The position numbers were made by a program, and so were the translations under genes. The notes beneath the pieces were generated by a model. That model searched no databases, was not told where the DNA came from, and was given only the letters and a program-made list of their open reading frames with translations. Of a stretch of DNA of 64,000 nt, positions 36,521-45,547 are shown piece by piece (the first letter of the stretch is position 1; every line of letters starts with the position of its first letter). The DNA comes from an uncultured virus (IMG/VR IMGVR_UViG_3300048836_000452). Lineage: Duplodnaviria; Heunggongvirae; Uroviricota; Caudoviricetes. Location of the stretch: the IMG/VR virus record IMGVR_UViG_3300048836_000452; one strand, written 5' to 3'.

Positions 36521-36692
36521 GGTTCTCTCCTTGTCAATATTAAGGGCAGACCCCCTCGACAGGCAGACCCGGCTGACGCATAGTGCCCTTGCGCCCTGTC
36601 GAGGGGGCGCAAGGGTAGATTACCAACCAGAGGGGTTTCCATGCAAGGACCAGCCAGTCCCTTGACCAATATGCTGTGGGAGGCATCAGGTC

Positions 36693-37229
36693 ATGCCTCA
36701 CTATAGAGTGGCGACACAAGTCGCGCAACGCCGTAATTGCAAGGTTGACAAGCCGAAGCGCCCGATCCGTATTGAGGGCGACATCGCTTTCATCCCCCTG
36801 ACCAAAGGGCATGAGGCCATCATCGACGCTGCAGATGTGCCGCTGGTGGAGGGGCGAAGATGGTCAATGTCTGGCCCGGGCTATGCTCAGTGGAAGGGCG
36901 GCGTTTATCTGCATCGGATGATCCTTGGCCTTGAAGCCGGAGACGGTCGGTTTGCGGACCACATCAATGGCAACAAGCTGGACTGCCGAAGGGCAAACCT
37001 CAGGGCCGCCACAATGGCGCAAAACGTCCAGAACCGGCCGGCCCGCAGCGATAATTCTTCCGGCATCAAGGGGGTTTCCTTTGATCGCAGCAGGGGGCTG
37101 TGGACGGCGGAGGTGAAGAGCGGCCGGGTGCGGATCAGGTGCGGACGCTTCGCAAGCAAAGAGGCGGCAGCAGATGCCGTCAGGGCCGCTCGCGAGGTCC
37201 TGCATGGGGAGTTCTGCAACCATGGCTGA
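36693..37229 (+). CDS. HNH-AP2 homing endonuclease
   Basis: YLHRMIL...ADHINGNKLDCRRANLR; NSSGIKGVSF...W.AEV AP2 domain. Confidence 0.85.
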   Translation: MPHYRVATQVAQRRNCKVDKPKRPIRIEGDIAFIPLTKGHEAIIDAADVPLVEGRRWSMSGPGYAQWKGGVYLHRMILGLEAGDGRFADHINGNKLDCRRANLRAATMAQNVQNRPARSDNSSGIKGVSFDRSRGLWTAEVKSGRVRIRCGRFASKEAAADAVRAAREVLHGEFCNHG

Positions 37230-38124
37230 GGACATCCTCACAGCCGCCCTCCGCCTTGCTGGCGATGGTGTGGCCATCTTCCCGGTCGCAGGCAAGGTGC
37301 CGGTCTGGGAAAAGGGCAAGAGCCCCACTGGCAGAGACGGCTTGCATGCAGCCACCACCGATGAGGAGGAGGTGGTGGCCCTCTTTTCCCACCCCCGCGT
37401 CACTGGCGTCGGCATGCCCACCGGAAAGATCAATCAGGTCACAGTGGTGGATGTCGATTGCGGGAGGGGTAAACCGCACCGGGATGCTGCAATGGCGTGG
37501 CTGGATGACAACCGCAAGAACTTGCTGGCCTCAACCGTATCCCGAACGCAGAGTGGCGGCTTGCATTTCCTGTGCCGCTACCGAGAGGACATCAAGTCAT
37601 CAGCCAATGTCTGGGCGATGGGTGTCGATTGCCGGAACAACGGGGGGTATATCCTTATCCCTCCGTCGCCCGGATACAGGTTTGAAAGGCTCATCGAGAA
37701 GGAGGATTGGGGGCTGCCCCCAGAACCCCCCGCAGCGCGGCTCCGCCGCGCCATCGTGGACCTCAAGGACGGCAAGTGCCCCACCGAGATCATGGCCATG
37801 CGCGACCTCATCGAGCAGGGCGTCACCTGGCACGATCCGGTCCGCGACATCATCGCCCACCTCGTAGGGTCGGGATGGTCGGATGCGGAAATCCTGCGCT
37901 TCACCTTCCAGTGGACATGGGCCGGGCACCAGCCAGCCGAAACCTTCGAGCAGCTTTGCGTCATGATCAACGGCGCGCGGGACAAGTGGACCCGCAAGGA
38001 TGATCCCACCACCACAGAAGAGGCCAAGCTCTGGAAGCTGGCCGACACATGGAACCGGTCGGCGCCAGACACGCGCAAGACCTTCTTCGACATGATCCGG
38101 GAAAGCGAGGAACAGAATGACTGA
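37222..38124 (+). CDS. Bifunctional DNA primase/polymerase (prim-pol)
   Basis: AIFPV..KVP, ATTD, GMPTG, VVDVD, RTQSGGLHF, GVDCRNNGGYILIPPS. Confidence 0.85.
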   Translation: MAEDILTAALRLAGDGVAIFPVAGKVPVWEKGKSPTGRDGLHAATTDEEEVVALFSHPRVTGVGMPTGKINQVTVVDVDCGRGKPHRDAAMAWLDDNRKNLLASTVSRTQSGGLHFLCRYREDIKSSANVWAMGVDCRNNGGYILIPPSPGYRFERLIEKEDWGLPPEPPAARLRRAIVDLKDGKCPTEIMAMRDLIEQGVTWHDPVRDIIAHLVGSGWSDAEILRFTFQWTWAGHQPAETFEQLCVMINGARDKWTRKDDPTTTEEAKLWKLADTWNRSAPDTRKTFFDMIRESEEQND

Positions 38125-39664
38125 CGAACGGGGGCCGCGGCGACCGACAATCCTGCCGATGAGTGATCCGAACGTGGCCGAAGCGGCAGAGCGCGCCGCC
38201 GTCGAACCCTTGCAGACCCGCGTCGGCCGCCATTGGGCACAGGAGAATGCCGATGCCTTCTGCTACGATCACGAAGGCGAACGCTGGATGCGGTGGGATG
38301 GGTCGAGGTGGGAGGATGAACGGACCGGGGCCGCGCTCGACAGCATGGTCAATTTCGTCGAAGCCCTTCGGGTAAGAGATCCCCGCGGCTACAAGGGCGC
38401 CGCCAACCTCAGTTTCATCAAGTCCGCACTCTCGATCGCCGCCGCCTCCCGCCTCATGGCCCGCAAGACAGACGATTTCGATGCCGACCCGTTCCTCCTC
38501 GGTGTGCCAGGCGGACAGGTGAACCTGCTCACAGGTGAGATCGAGGACCCGCGCCAGACGTCCATGATCTCCAAACAGGTCATCGTCCGCCCCGAGAAGG
38601 GCGAATGTCCAAAGTGGATCGCCTTCCTCAGGCAGGCCCACGAAGGGCAGGAAGAGGTGGTCGACTGGCTGCAAAAGTTCTGCGCCGAAATCCTCCTGGG
38701 CAAACAGACCGATCACCACTTCGCGTTCTTCTACGGCGACGGTGGCAACGGCAAGTCGCAATTCCTCGAGACCATTCGCGAGCTGATGGGGGACTATGCC
38801 GAAGAGGCGCAGGAAGGCACGTTTACCCGCCCTGAAAAGGGAGGATACCACGGCCACACCCACGTCCTCGCCCGCCTGCGTGGCAAGCGCCTGGTCACCG
38901 TCTCGGAGCCGGGCGTGGGCGATGTCTGGGATCTGGGTCGCATCAAGGCATGGGCCGGCGGAAATATCATCAGCGCCAACCGCATGCGGCAGGAGAGCGT
39001 TCCCTTCAAGCCCGTGGGCATGCTGGTCTGCACCGCCAACCACCAGTTGAAGGTCGAGAGCGTCGATAACGCCGTCGCCCGCCGCCTCAAGTATCTGGTC
39101 TGGCCGCACAAGTTTCACGGCGATGGCTACGAGCACCTGACCGTGACAGACCTCGGAGCGAAGATCATGGCTGAGGAAGGGCCGCAAATCCTCTGGTGGA
39201 TGATCCAGGGCGTGCCGCGCCTTCTTGAGGAAGGGCTGGGGGCCGCTGACGTGATGAAGGTGGCAGGCAAGGCCTATCTGCGCGAGCAGGACACCATGCA
39301 GCGGTTCATCGACGAAACCTTCGTGGCCGATGAGCAGGTGCAGCCAGGCGTCAACCTGCGTGATGCGGTCACGATCTACAACGAATGGGCGCGGATCAAC
39401 GAAGCCCCGGCCCTCAAGCGTATCGGAGAACTCCTCACGAAGAAGGGCCTCACCATCTCGAAGACCAACACCGAGCGGTTCGTCCGCAAGCAGTCCCTCT
39501 CCGCAGAAGGCATGACCCTCATGTCGAACGCCCTCATGGCGCGGATCAGGGCCAAGGAACTGACGAAAGCCGAAGCCGCGCGATGGTCGCCCACCCTGTC
39601 AGAATGGAAGCTCGCCGGCGAAGATGGGGCTTACCTCGATGATCTGCTTGGGGTTGAAAAATGA
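38117..39664 (+). CDS. P4-family primase-associated D5-like SF3 helicase
   Basis: WMRWDGSRW D5-N motif; YGDGGNGKS Walker A; LARLRGKRLVTVSE; CTANH. Confidence 0.9.
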   Translation: MTDERGPRRPTILPMSDPNVAEAAERAAVEPLQTRVGRHWAQENADAFCYDHEGERWMRWDGSRWEDERTGAALDSMVNFVEALRVRDPRGYKGAANLSFIKSALSIAAASRLMARKTDDFDADPFLLGVPGGQVNLLTGEIEDPRQTSMISKQVIVRPEKGECPKWIAFLRQAHEGQEEVVDWLQKFCAEILLGKQTDHHFAFFYGDGGNGKSQFLETIRELMGDYAEEAQEGTFTRPEKGGYHGHTHVLARLRGKRLVTVSEPGVGDVWDLGRIKAWAGGNIISANRMRQESVPFKPVGMLVCTANHQLKVESVDNAVARRLKYLVWPHKFHGDGYEHLTVTDLGAKIMAEEGPQILWWMIQGVPRLLEEGLGAADVMKVAGKAYLREQDTMQRFIDETFVADEQVQPGVNLRDAVTIYNEWARINEAPALKRIGELLTKKGLTISKTNTERFVRKQSLSAEGMTLMSNALMARIRAKELTKAEAARWSPTLSEWKLAGEDGAYLDDLLGVEK

Positions 39665-39712
39665 GGGTTGGAGTGACGATATTACAACCGGCGGTAGCCC
39701 TAAGGTTTAAGT

Positions 39713-39807
39713 GAGTGCCGTTAAAACGGCCCTCCCCCCTTTTCACGCACATACGCGTACGCGCGCATATGCGGAGAACGTAGGCAAGTGCCGTTTTAAC
39801 GGCACCC
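39713..39807. repeat. 95-bp origin-like element, copy B
   Basis: GAGTGCCGTTAAAACGGC ... CGCACATACGCGTACGCGCGCATATGCG ... GTGCCGTTTTAACGGCAC, directly after the helicase stop. Confidence 0.75.
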
Positions 39808-39902
39808 ATATAAAAGCACTCAACCATAGAGAAATGGCCGCAACCTTAAGTTGACCGCGAAAAAAGGAGCGCCCGCGTGATGCGGACGCTGCCATTCTGC
39901 GG

Positions 39903-40091
39903 TCACTTGGCTTTCAAGCGACGGAACTGTCTGTTGGACAGGCGCGACACGCGGCGCTTTCCGACCTCGTTCCCGCCTGCGAAGGCGGCGATGGTCATGA
40001 GCACGGCGATGCCGAGCGCGATCCAGGTCAGGTTGGCTCCGACGAAGGTCGTCAGGTCACTGAGCAGGGTGGCGTTAAGCGTGGGTTCCAT
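39903..40091 (-). CDS. Small membrane protein
   Basis: GAGGAG RBS after promoter 40133; one TM. Confidence 0.6.
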   Translation of the reverse strand: MEPTLNATLLSDLTTFVGANLTWIALGIAVLMTIAAFAGGNEVGKRRVSRLSNRQFRRLKAK

Positions 40092-40126
40092 GTGGAACGC
40101 TCCTCTTGTGTCAGAAGCGGATTGCT

Positions 40127-40263
40127 TCCTATGGGGACCCCGTAACCTGTTGATAAAAGCTAATGATTGGTAAAACTATATTGCGCCGCAGCGCGGCGGA
40201 GCCGCGCCAGCCTGAGTAGCTTGCGTGATTAGTGTAAACTGACGTGGCGGGGTCCCCACAGGA
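40127..40263. promoter_or_regulatory. Back-to-back pair of phage-RNAP-type promoters
   Basis: Leftward core at 40133-40141 (N3=ATA); rightward core GGGGTCCCC at 40249-40257 followed by ACAGGA. Confidence 0.8.
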
Positions 40264-40285
40264 AACATCAACCAGGAGACCAACC

Positions 40286-40447
40286 ATGAAGACCCTGATC
40301 GACAAGCTTTCTCACGCAATCAACCTGATCGTCGTGAGCCTATGCTTCACCGCCGCCGCCATGGCAGCTGCCCCCAACTACAAAGTTGAGGTCGCTGTCG
40401 AGCGCGTCGTCTGTGAGGGATGGTCTTACTGGACGCTTCAGTGCTGA
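40286..40447 (+). CDS. Small exported/membrane protein
   Basis: AGGAG RBS after rightward promoter; hydrophobic N-half. Confidence 0.6.
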   Translation: MKTLIDKLSHAINLIVVSLCFTAAAMAAAPNYKVEVAVERVVCEGWSYWTLQC

Positions 40448-40496
40448 GGCATTGAAGCATCGACCCGGCATCACAGCCACCTGACGAAACCACAAG

Positions 40497-40526
40497 GCCA
40501 CCGCCCGCAAGGGTGGTGGCTTTTTT
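40497..40526 (+). terminator. Intrinsic terminator
   Basis: GCCACCGCCC-GCAA-GGGTGGTGGC followed by TTTTTT. Confidence 0.8.
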
Positions 40527-40596
40527 CGCACGGCGTTGGTATCGTGTCGGCACACGACCGAGAACGCACCTCCATCGCGAACCGAAAGGAACTCCC

Positions 40597-41513
40597 ATGA
40601 AGTCCAAGTCCACCTCGCGCATGCCCGGCAAGCCTGTCCAGGCGTTGAGCCGCTCGCGCCTGCCGAAGTCGGCGCCCGACCTTCCGATGAAGGGCACTCT
40701 CAAGCCCGACAGTCGCCTGGCGAACCTGTCGAAGTCGAAACCCAAGGCGAACACTCCGAGATGAGCGCGCTCGCCAGGTCGTCTGCCTTCGGTCTCCGCA
40801 TGGGTGTGACGCCGAAGGTGGGCAAGCAGATGAAGGCGGGCAAGTCCAGCGGAGCTGGTGCTGGCCGCGACAAGGTAAAGGCTGGCCCTGCCGGGGCCGG
40901 CCGCGACTGCATCAAGCCGAAGGGTGGCAAGTGATGGCGAAGAAAGGTGATCCGGGATATGCAACCGCGATGGGTGTGCTGAAGGCGGCAGCCCCGAAAA
41001 CGGCACTGGCTTTGTCCGGTTACGATGCGTCTGTGAAGGCAGCACGCCGGGCAAAAGTTGATAAAATGGTGAGGACCACCAAAGCCCTCACCGGCATCGG
41101 GGACAAACTTTACGGCAAGTCTGGCAAGTTGAAGGCGGGCAAGTGATGACCAGCAAGCTGACGAAGGGCGCGCTCTCTCTGTCCGGGAAGGGTATGGGCA
41201 AGGTGATGTCGCTGCTTCCGGTCAAGAAGCCCAAGCCGAAGGTTCAGGCCAAGTCGAAAGGGAGCAAGTGATGGGGAACAGTGATCGCGACAAAGAGGCG
41301 ATGCGTCAGTTGACGAAGCCGATAAGGGCCATGTCTACCATCGCTCCAACGGCATCTGGCGTTGCCAAGGTGGTCTTTCCCAAGCTGAGCGCCACAGCAA
41401 AGGCTGCCGAGCGCCCGCTGACCAAGGCCTATATCGACGGGATGATGAAACTTCAGGGCCACATGATGCGCCGCACCATGGGTGCTTCTGGCAAGATCAA
41501 GGGTGGCAAGTGA
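40597..41513 (+). CDS. Five coupled small Lys-rich proteins (40597-40764, 40761-40934, 40934-41146, 41146-41271, 41271-41513)
   Basis: ATGA/TGATG overlaps; last four end KGGK, KAGK, KGSK, KGGK. Confidence 0.6.
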
Positions 41514-41914
41514 GGGAAGCTGAGTTCTGGGCGCAGATCCGCAGGGGCATGCCGACCGGCTGGTTCGTCCGCCGGATCGAGGATGCGAGCGGGAACCTCG
41601 GAACCTACGATACCTTCCTCGCGCACCGCGGCTGGGGTCAGGCATGGATGGAGCTGAAGGTTGCGGGCCCGAACGCCAAGCCCGACCTTCGCAAGGGACA
41701 GCCTGCCTTCGGCCAGGGCCTCGATGCGGCCGGTGTGCCCTGCGCCTACCTGGTTGGCAGTCCGAACGGCAAGGTGCGGATGATCGGCCCTCACACGACG
41801 GGCGATGACTGGCGCGAGCATCTGATCGCCGAGTGGCCTTCGCTCGATGTGCCGGCAGTCTTGACCGCGCTCTTCCGTGCGAGGAACGTGGTTCAGCTTC
41901 GCAAGGCAGGGTGA
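41510..41914 (+). CDS. VRR-NUC / Holliday-junction-resolvase-like PD-(D/E)XK nuclease
   Basis: EAEFW..IR...RIE...GTYD...WMELK. Confidence 0.7.
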   Translation: MREAEFWAQIRRGMPTGWFVRRIEDASGNLGTYDTFLAHRGWGQAWMELKVAGPNAKPDLRKGQPAFGQGLDAAGVPCAYLVGSPNGKVRMIGPHTTGDDWREHLIAEWPSLDVPAVLTALFRARNVVQLRKAG

Positions 41915-41918
41915 CACG

Positions 41919-42482
41919 ATGGCAAACCCCAAACCCGCAAGGTCATGGACCGGGCCGGATGGCTCGAACCCTCCGCCGAAGGGCGGTCGCCCGAAGGGCA
42001 GGACCGACAGCCCGGGCAAGACGATGCGCGTCAGGAACAAGCTCGACGAGATGCTTGGCCAGGCGCACACGAACGTAGCCAAGGCGCTGAAGAAGGGCGA
42101 CGTGCCCACCAGCCGGTGGATCATCGAGCGCCTGGCTGAGGAGCATGGCAACCGGATGCCGAAGGGGCTGATGGCCCCGCTGGTCCAGGCTCTTGAGACA
42201 CTCGATGACGTGGCGCAGATCTCGAAGCAGGTGCTGCTCTTGGCGATCGAGGGTGACATGACCTTCGATCAGCTGAAGTTTGTGCAGGAGGCGCTGGCCC
42301 GGCACTCGGTGCTGTCAGGCATCGTCGAGCTTCGCAAGCTGCGCGAGGAGGTCGAGGCGATGGCTGAGGCCAACAACATCAAGCCCGCCGCGCTGGGGCG
42401 CGATCACCTGCCTTCGTGGGGTCGGCTTGCCAAGGATGTCACGCCCACGCATGATGCAGGCCAGCAGCTGCCGGCGGAGTGA
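41919..42482 (+). CDS. terS: Putative terminase small subunit
   Basis: N-terminal GSNPPPKGGRPKG motif, helical body. Confidence 0.55.
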   Translation: MANPKPARSWTGPDGSNPPPKGGRPKGRTDSPGKTMRVRNKLDEMLGQAHTNVAKALKKGDVPTSRWIIERLAEEHGNRMPKGLMAPLVQALETLDDVAQISKQVLLLAIEGDMTFDQLKFVQEALARHSVLSGIVELRKLREEVEAMAEANNIKPAALGRDHLPSWGRLAKDVTPTHDAGQQLPAE

Positions 42483-42488
42483 GGACAG

Positions 42489-44075
42489 ATGAAGGTCGCT
42501 TGCCCGCCGGGTTACCGCACCGACCTGCCGCCTGTCGCTCCCGAGCCGTTCTGGTTCTACGGCGAGAACATCCGCTTCCGGATGGGCATGCCTGAAACCA
42601 TCGGCCTCTACATCAAGGCCTATGCCCGGGACACGGGTGAGCCTGTGGTGTTTCCCGCGGTCGAGAAGACCGCAACGCTCTACGGCGATGCCAACTTCCT
42701 GATGCTTGGCCACGGTGACCAGCTGACGATCCTGCGGTGGGATAACGGTGTTCGCGTCACGGTGCCCACGCCCCTGGCGGGAGGGTACGGGCGCTGGTGG
42801 TTTGCCGCGACGGAGACCGAAGTCATCTGCGGGCGGTCGAACTTCAACGGCAAGACCTATGTGGTCAACCGGGGGACGCTGACTGTCACCCTGCTGCCCA
42901 ATGCGCCCGAAGGGTCGATGGGTGGTGGCATCGTGGCGGGCATCCTGATCCAGGCGGGGACGGACGGCTTCGCGGGCGACAGCCCGAAGATGGTCGTCCG
43001 CTGGTCAGCCAGGCGCACTGACCCTTCGTCGTCGGGCGGGCCGGGAGGTCCGTTCGGGTTCGAGGACTGGACGCCGAGCGATCTGAACGCCTCGGGTGAG
43101 TTCCTGCTCGACGAGGGTAGCGAGATCAGGGGCGGGGCTTCAACGCAGTTCGGCTTCATGGTCTGGACGGACACGCGTGCCATCCTGCTTGCGCCACGCA
43201 ACGACCTCTACGTCTTCACGAAGTCGGTTGTCTCCTTGCGCGGGATCCTGTCGAGCCACGCCTGGGTGGAGAGTGACGGTCGCCTGTGGTGGTTCGACCA
43301 GACGCGCACGCTGAACTTCTTCGACGGAGGCGGCGGCCGCCAGGTGATGAACCCGATGCGGCACGTCAGCACGGAGATCATCTCGGACGAGGACCTGGAC
43401 CTGTGCTTCATGTCCTCGGACATCGAGAACGGCGAGGTGATCCTGCACTATCCGGACAAGGACGGCTTCTTCCGCGAGCTGGTCTACAACTACATGGAGG
43501 ATGCCTGGTACTCCTTCGCGCTTGACCGCATCTCGATGACGGACGCGCACGGGGATCGGCCCACGATTGGTCTGGATCAGTCGGGGCAGGTCTACTTCTA
43601 CGACATTCGAGAGGCGCTGTTGTCCAGCATCACGATGCCGAAGAACCCTCCTGCCCCGTTTCATCCTCCGGTGCCGTTCAAGGACCCGCGTGTGTTTCCG
43701 GTCATCCCTTCCAGGGCAGTTCCTGTCCTGCCGGAGCCGTTCTCGTTCTTCCTGATGACGAACTGGATCGCGCCCAGCGACACCACGCTTGAGAGCCTTC
43801 GGACCCGCAACATCGTAGTTTCGCACACGACTGCCACCATTCCCGGAGCGGAGCCTGGCGCTGACCAGCTCTATGTGGCGGTGCAGAGCTACGGCAAGCT
43901 GGACTTGGCCGAGGATCCTGTCCTGGACTTTGACCAGCGGCCGATGGGGCAGATGCTGCGCGAGTTGAGGGCCGGGGGGAAGGTCATCCAGCTGGTTCTG
44001 GCGGCCAAGGACATCCGAACGCACATCGCCTTTGCCCCTGTTGACGTGGAGGCTGACGTTTCCGGCAAGCGATGA
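42489..44075 (+). CDS. Tail nozzle / DNA-stabilisation protein (P22 gp10 / T7 gp12-like)
   Basis: 528 aa beta-rich; ENIRFRMG, VVRWS, VWTD, VYNY.EDAWY; precedes ejection genes. Confidence 0.65.
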   Translation: MKVACPPGYRTDLPPVAPEPFWFYGENIRFRMGMPETIGLYIKAYARDTGEPVVFPAVEKTATLYGDANFLMLGHGDQLTILRWDNGVRVTVPTPLAGGYGRWWFAATETEVICGRSNFNGKTYVVNRGTLTVTLLPNAPEGSMGGGIVAGILIQAGTDGFAGDSPKMVVRWSARRTDPSSSGGPGGPFGFEDWTPSDLNASGEFLLDEGSEIRGGASTQFGFMVWTDTRAILLAPRNDLYVFTKSVVSLRGILSSHAWVESDGRLWWFDQTRTLNFFDGGGGRQVMNPMRHVSTEIISDEDLDLCFMSSDIENGEVILHYPDKDGFFRELVYNYMEDAWYSFALDRISMTDAHGDRPTIGLDQSGQVYFYDIREALLSSITMPKNPPAPFHPPVPFKDPRVFPVIPSRAVPVLPEPFSFFLMTNWIAPSDTTLESLRTRNIVVSHTTATIPGAEPGADQLYVAVQSYGKLDLAEDPVLDFDQRPMGQMLRELRAGGKVIQLVLAAKDIRTHIAFAPVDVEADVSGKR

Positions 44076-44126
44076 TATGCTTACCGCATCCCACGGCCTT
44101 TGGGCCGAACCAAGAGGAGGGAGAGA

Positions 44127-44381
44127 ATGGCGAAAACCCCGACGACGAAGGAGGCACCCGCGACGGATCAGGCGGGCCTGCCGGTCGAGCCGACGACAGG
44201 CGAGACCACCATTGACCCCCCGGCTGAGCCGGAGGTTCCCGAGATGGAGCTGTCTACCTACGAGCAGGCGCTGGCCTTCAAGCCTGACCCTTGGGATCAG
44301 CTGCCGGATGACCTCGAGGTGCGGTCGATCTATCTCGCCCTGAACGGGCACATCAACTTCTTCATCAAGCGGAGGGCCTGA
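44127..44381 (+). CDS. Hypothetical protein
   Basis: GAGGAGG RBS. Confidence 0.55.
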   Translation: MAKTPTTKEAPATDQAGLPVEPTTGETTIDPPAEPEVPEMELSTYEQALAFKPDPWDQLPDDLEVRSIYLALNGHINFFIKRRA

Positions 44382-44475
44382 ACCATGGCACTCCTTGTCC
44401 ACATGATGTGCAAGGAGTGCAGCGTGAAGCCCATCCGCAAGGACGGGCTTTGCTGGGGCTGCTACGAGCAGGTGG

Positions 44476-44988
44476 TCATCGACCGCGAGGTGTTCGGCCG
44501 TGGTTCGGGTGAAAGCCCGCCACAATCTCGGCACCACGACGAGCAGCAGCAGCCTCAGCTTCAGTCCCGTAGGTGCCAAGGTGGATGAACTTGTTGTTGA
44601 TCGAGACGTGCGCGGTGAAGGCTCCCCGGTATCCTTCTCGCACGCCGAGTTGCACTCCCTGTCCGGGCTGGTTCCTGCTGTTCAGGGCGGCGCTCACCTC
44701 GCGAAGGTTCTCGATCCGATTGTCGAGACCATCGTGGTTGACGTGGTCGACGTAACCTTCTGGCCATGCGTCGTGGTGCATGGCCCAAGCGATGCGGTGG
44801 GCGAAGATCTCCACACCATCGACAAGGATCATCCGATACTGATTGCTCTTCGATCGGCGTATCCAGCCAGCCTCGTCTCCGGGCCAGAGCTTGGACTTGT
44901 GCTGGTGGACCAGGACAGTGATGCGCCCGGTCGCGGGGTCGTATGTGAACAGTTCCCGCAGGCGTTCGATTGTGGGATATTGCTTCAT
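44476..44988 (-). CDS. HNH homing endonuclease (antisense insertion in late operon)
   Basis: LRELFTYDPATG...AHRIAWAM...VDHVNHDGLDNRIENLREV; AP2-like tail. Confidence 0.85.
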   Translation of the reverse strand: MKQYPTIERLRELFTYDPATGRITVLVHQHKSKLWPGDEAGWIRRSKSNQYRMILVDGVEIFAHRIAWAMHHDAWPEGYVDHVNHDGLDNRIENLREVSAALNSRNQPGQGVQLGVREGYRGAFTAHVSINNKFIHLGTYGTEAEAAAARRGAEIVAGFHPNHGRTPRGR

Positions 44989-45106
44989 GGCTGCGCTCCT
45001 AACGCGGCTGTGAATGAAGGGGTGTCGGGTTGCAGCCCGACACCCAAACCGTAACAGCAATCGTTCACTTCGGCAAGTGACACGAAACTCTTGAAAGGAG
45101 ATGCGT

Positions 45107-45547
45107 ATGGCCAGAAATACCTTCCAGGGCCTGATGCGAACCACCTGCGGTCGTCCCGGCTCCGTTCCGGACGCGGCAGGACTGCCCAAGAACATCGCTC
45201 GCATGACGCTGCGTGGCGTGATCCAGTGCCGGGCGGTCGATCTGGGCGCGAACGATGTGGTGATCGGCATGCTGCCGGCCAACTTCCTCGTCACCAACAC
45301 CCTCGGCATCATCGCGCCTTCGGGCGGCACGGTGGCCGTGGTGCTGCCTGCCTTTCGTGGCCTGCCCGAGGTCATCCTCCGGGCGGCGGCGGCGGTGGTT
45401 CCCGGCGAGGTGACGGCTGTCACTCCGGCGCGCAGTTATGGCCGTGACCGCCCCATCGCCCTGCGCGGCGTAGCCGCGACCTTGGGGCAGGCGAGCGTCG
45501 GCATCGAGGGCTTCCCGCTCGACGATGCTGCGGTGGCGGGCGACTGA
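45107..45547 (+). CDS. Putative virion structural protein
   Basis: AAAGGAG RBS; beta-rich, IGMLPAN motif. Confidence 0.5.
   Translation: MARNTFQGLMRTTCGRPGSVPDAAGLPKNIARMTLRGVIQCRAVDLGANDVVIGMLPANFLVTNTLGIIAPSGGTVAVVLPAFRGLPEVILRAAAAVVPGEVTAVTPARSYGRDRPIALRGVAATLGQASVGIEGFPLDDAAVAGD

Noticed and set aside
36697..36706. CTCACTATAG, identical to the T7 promoter 3' half
   Set aside because: Single copy inside the HNH ORF start, lacks the upstream TAATACGA and does not match this phage's own motif; probably chance
39707..39724. Possible CtrA box (TTAA-N7-TTAA)
   Set aside because: Half-sites are 10 nt apart, not 7
44476..44988. HNH genes as group I intron ORFs
   Set aside because: They lie between genes rather than interrupting a recognisable CDS; treated as free-standing homing endonucleases
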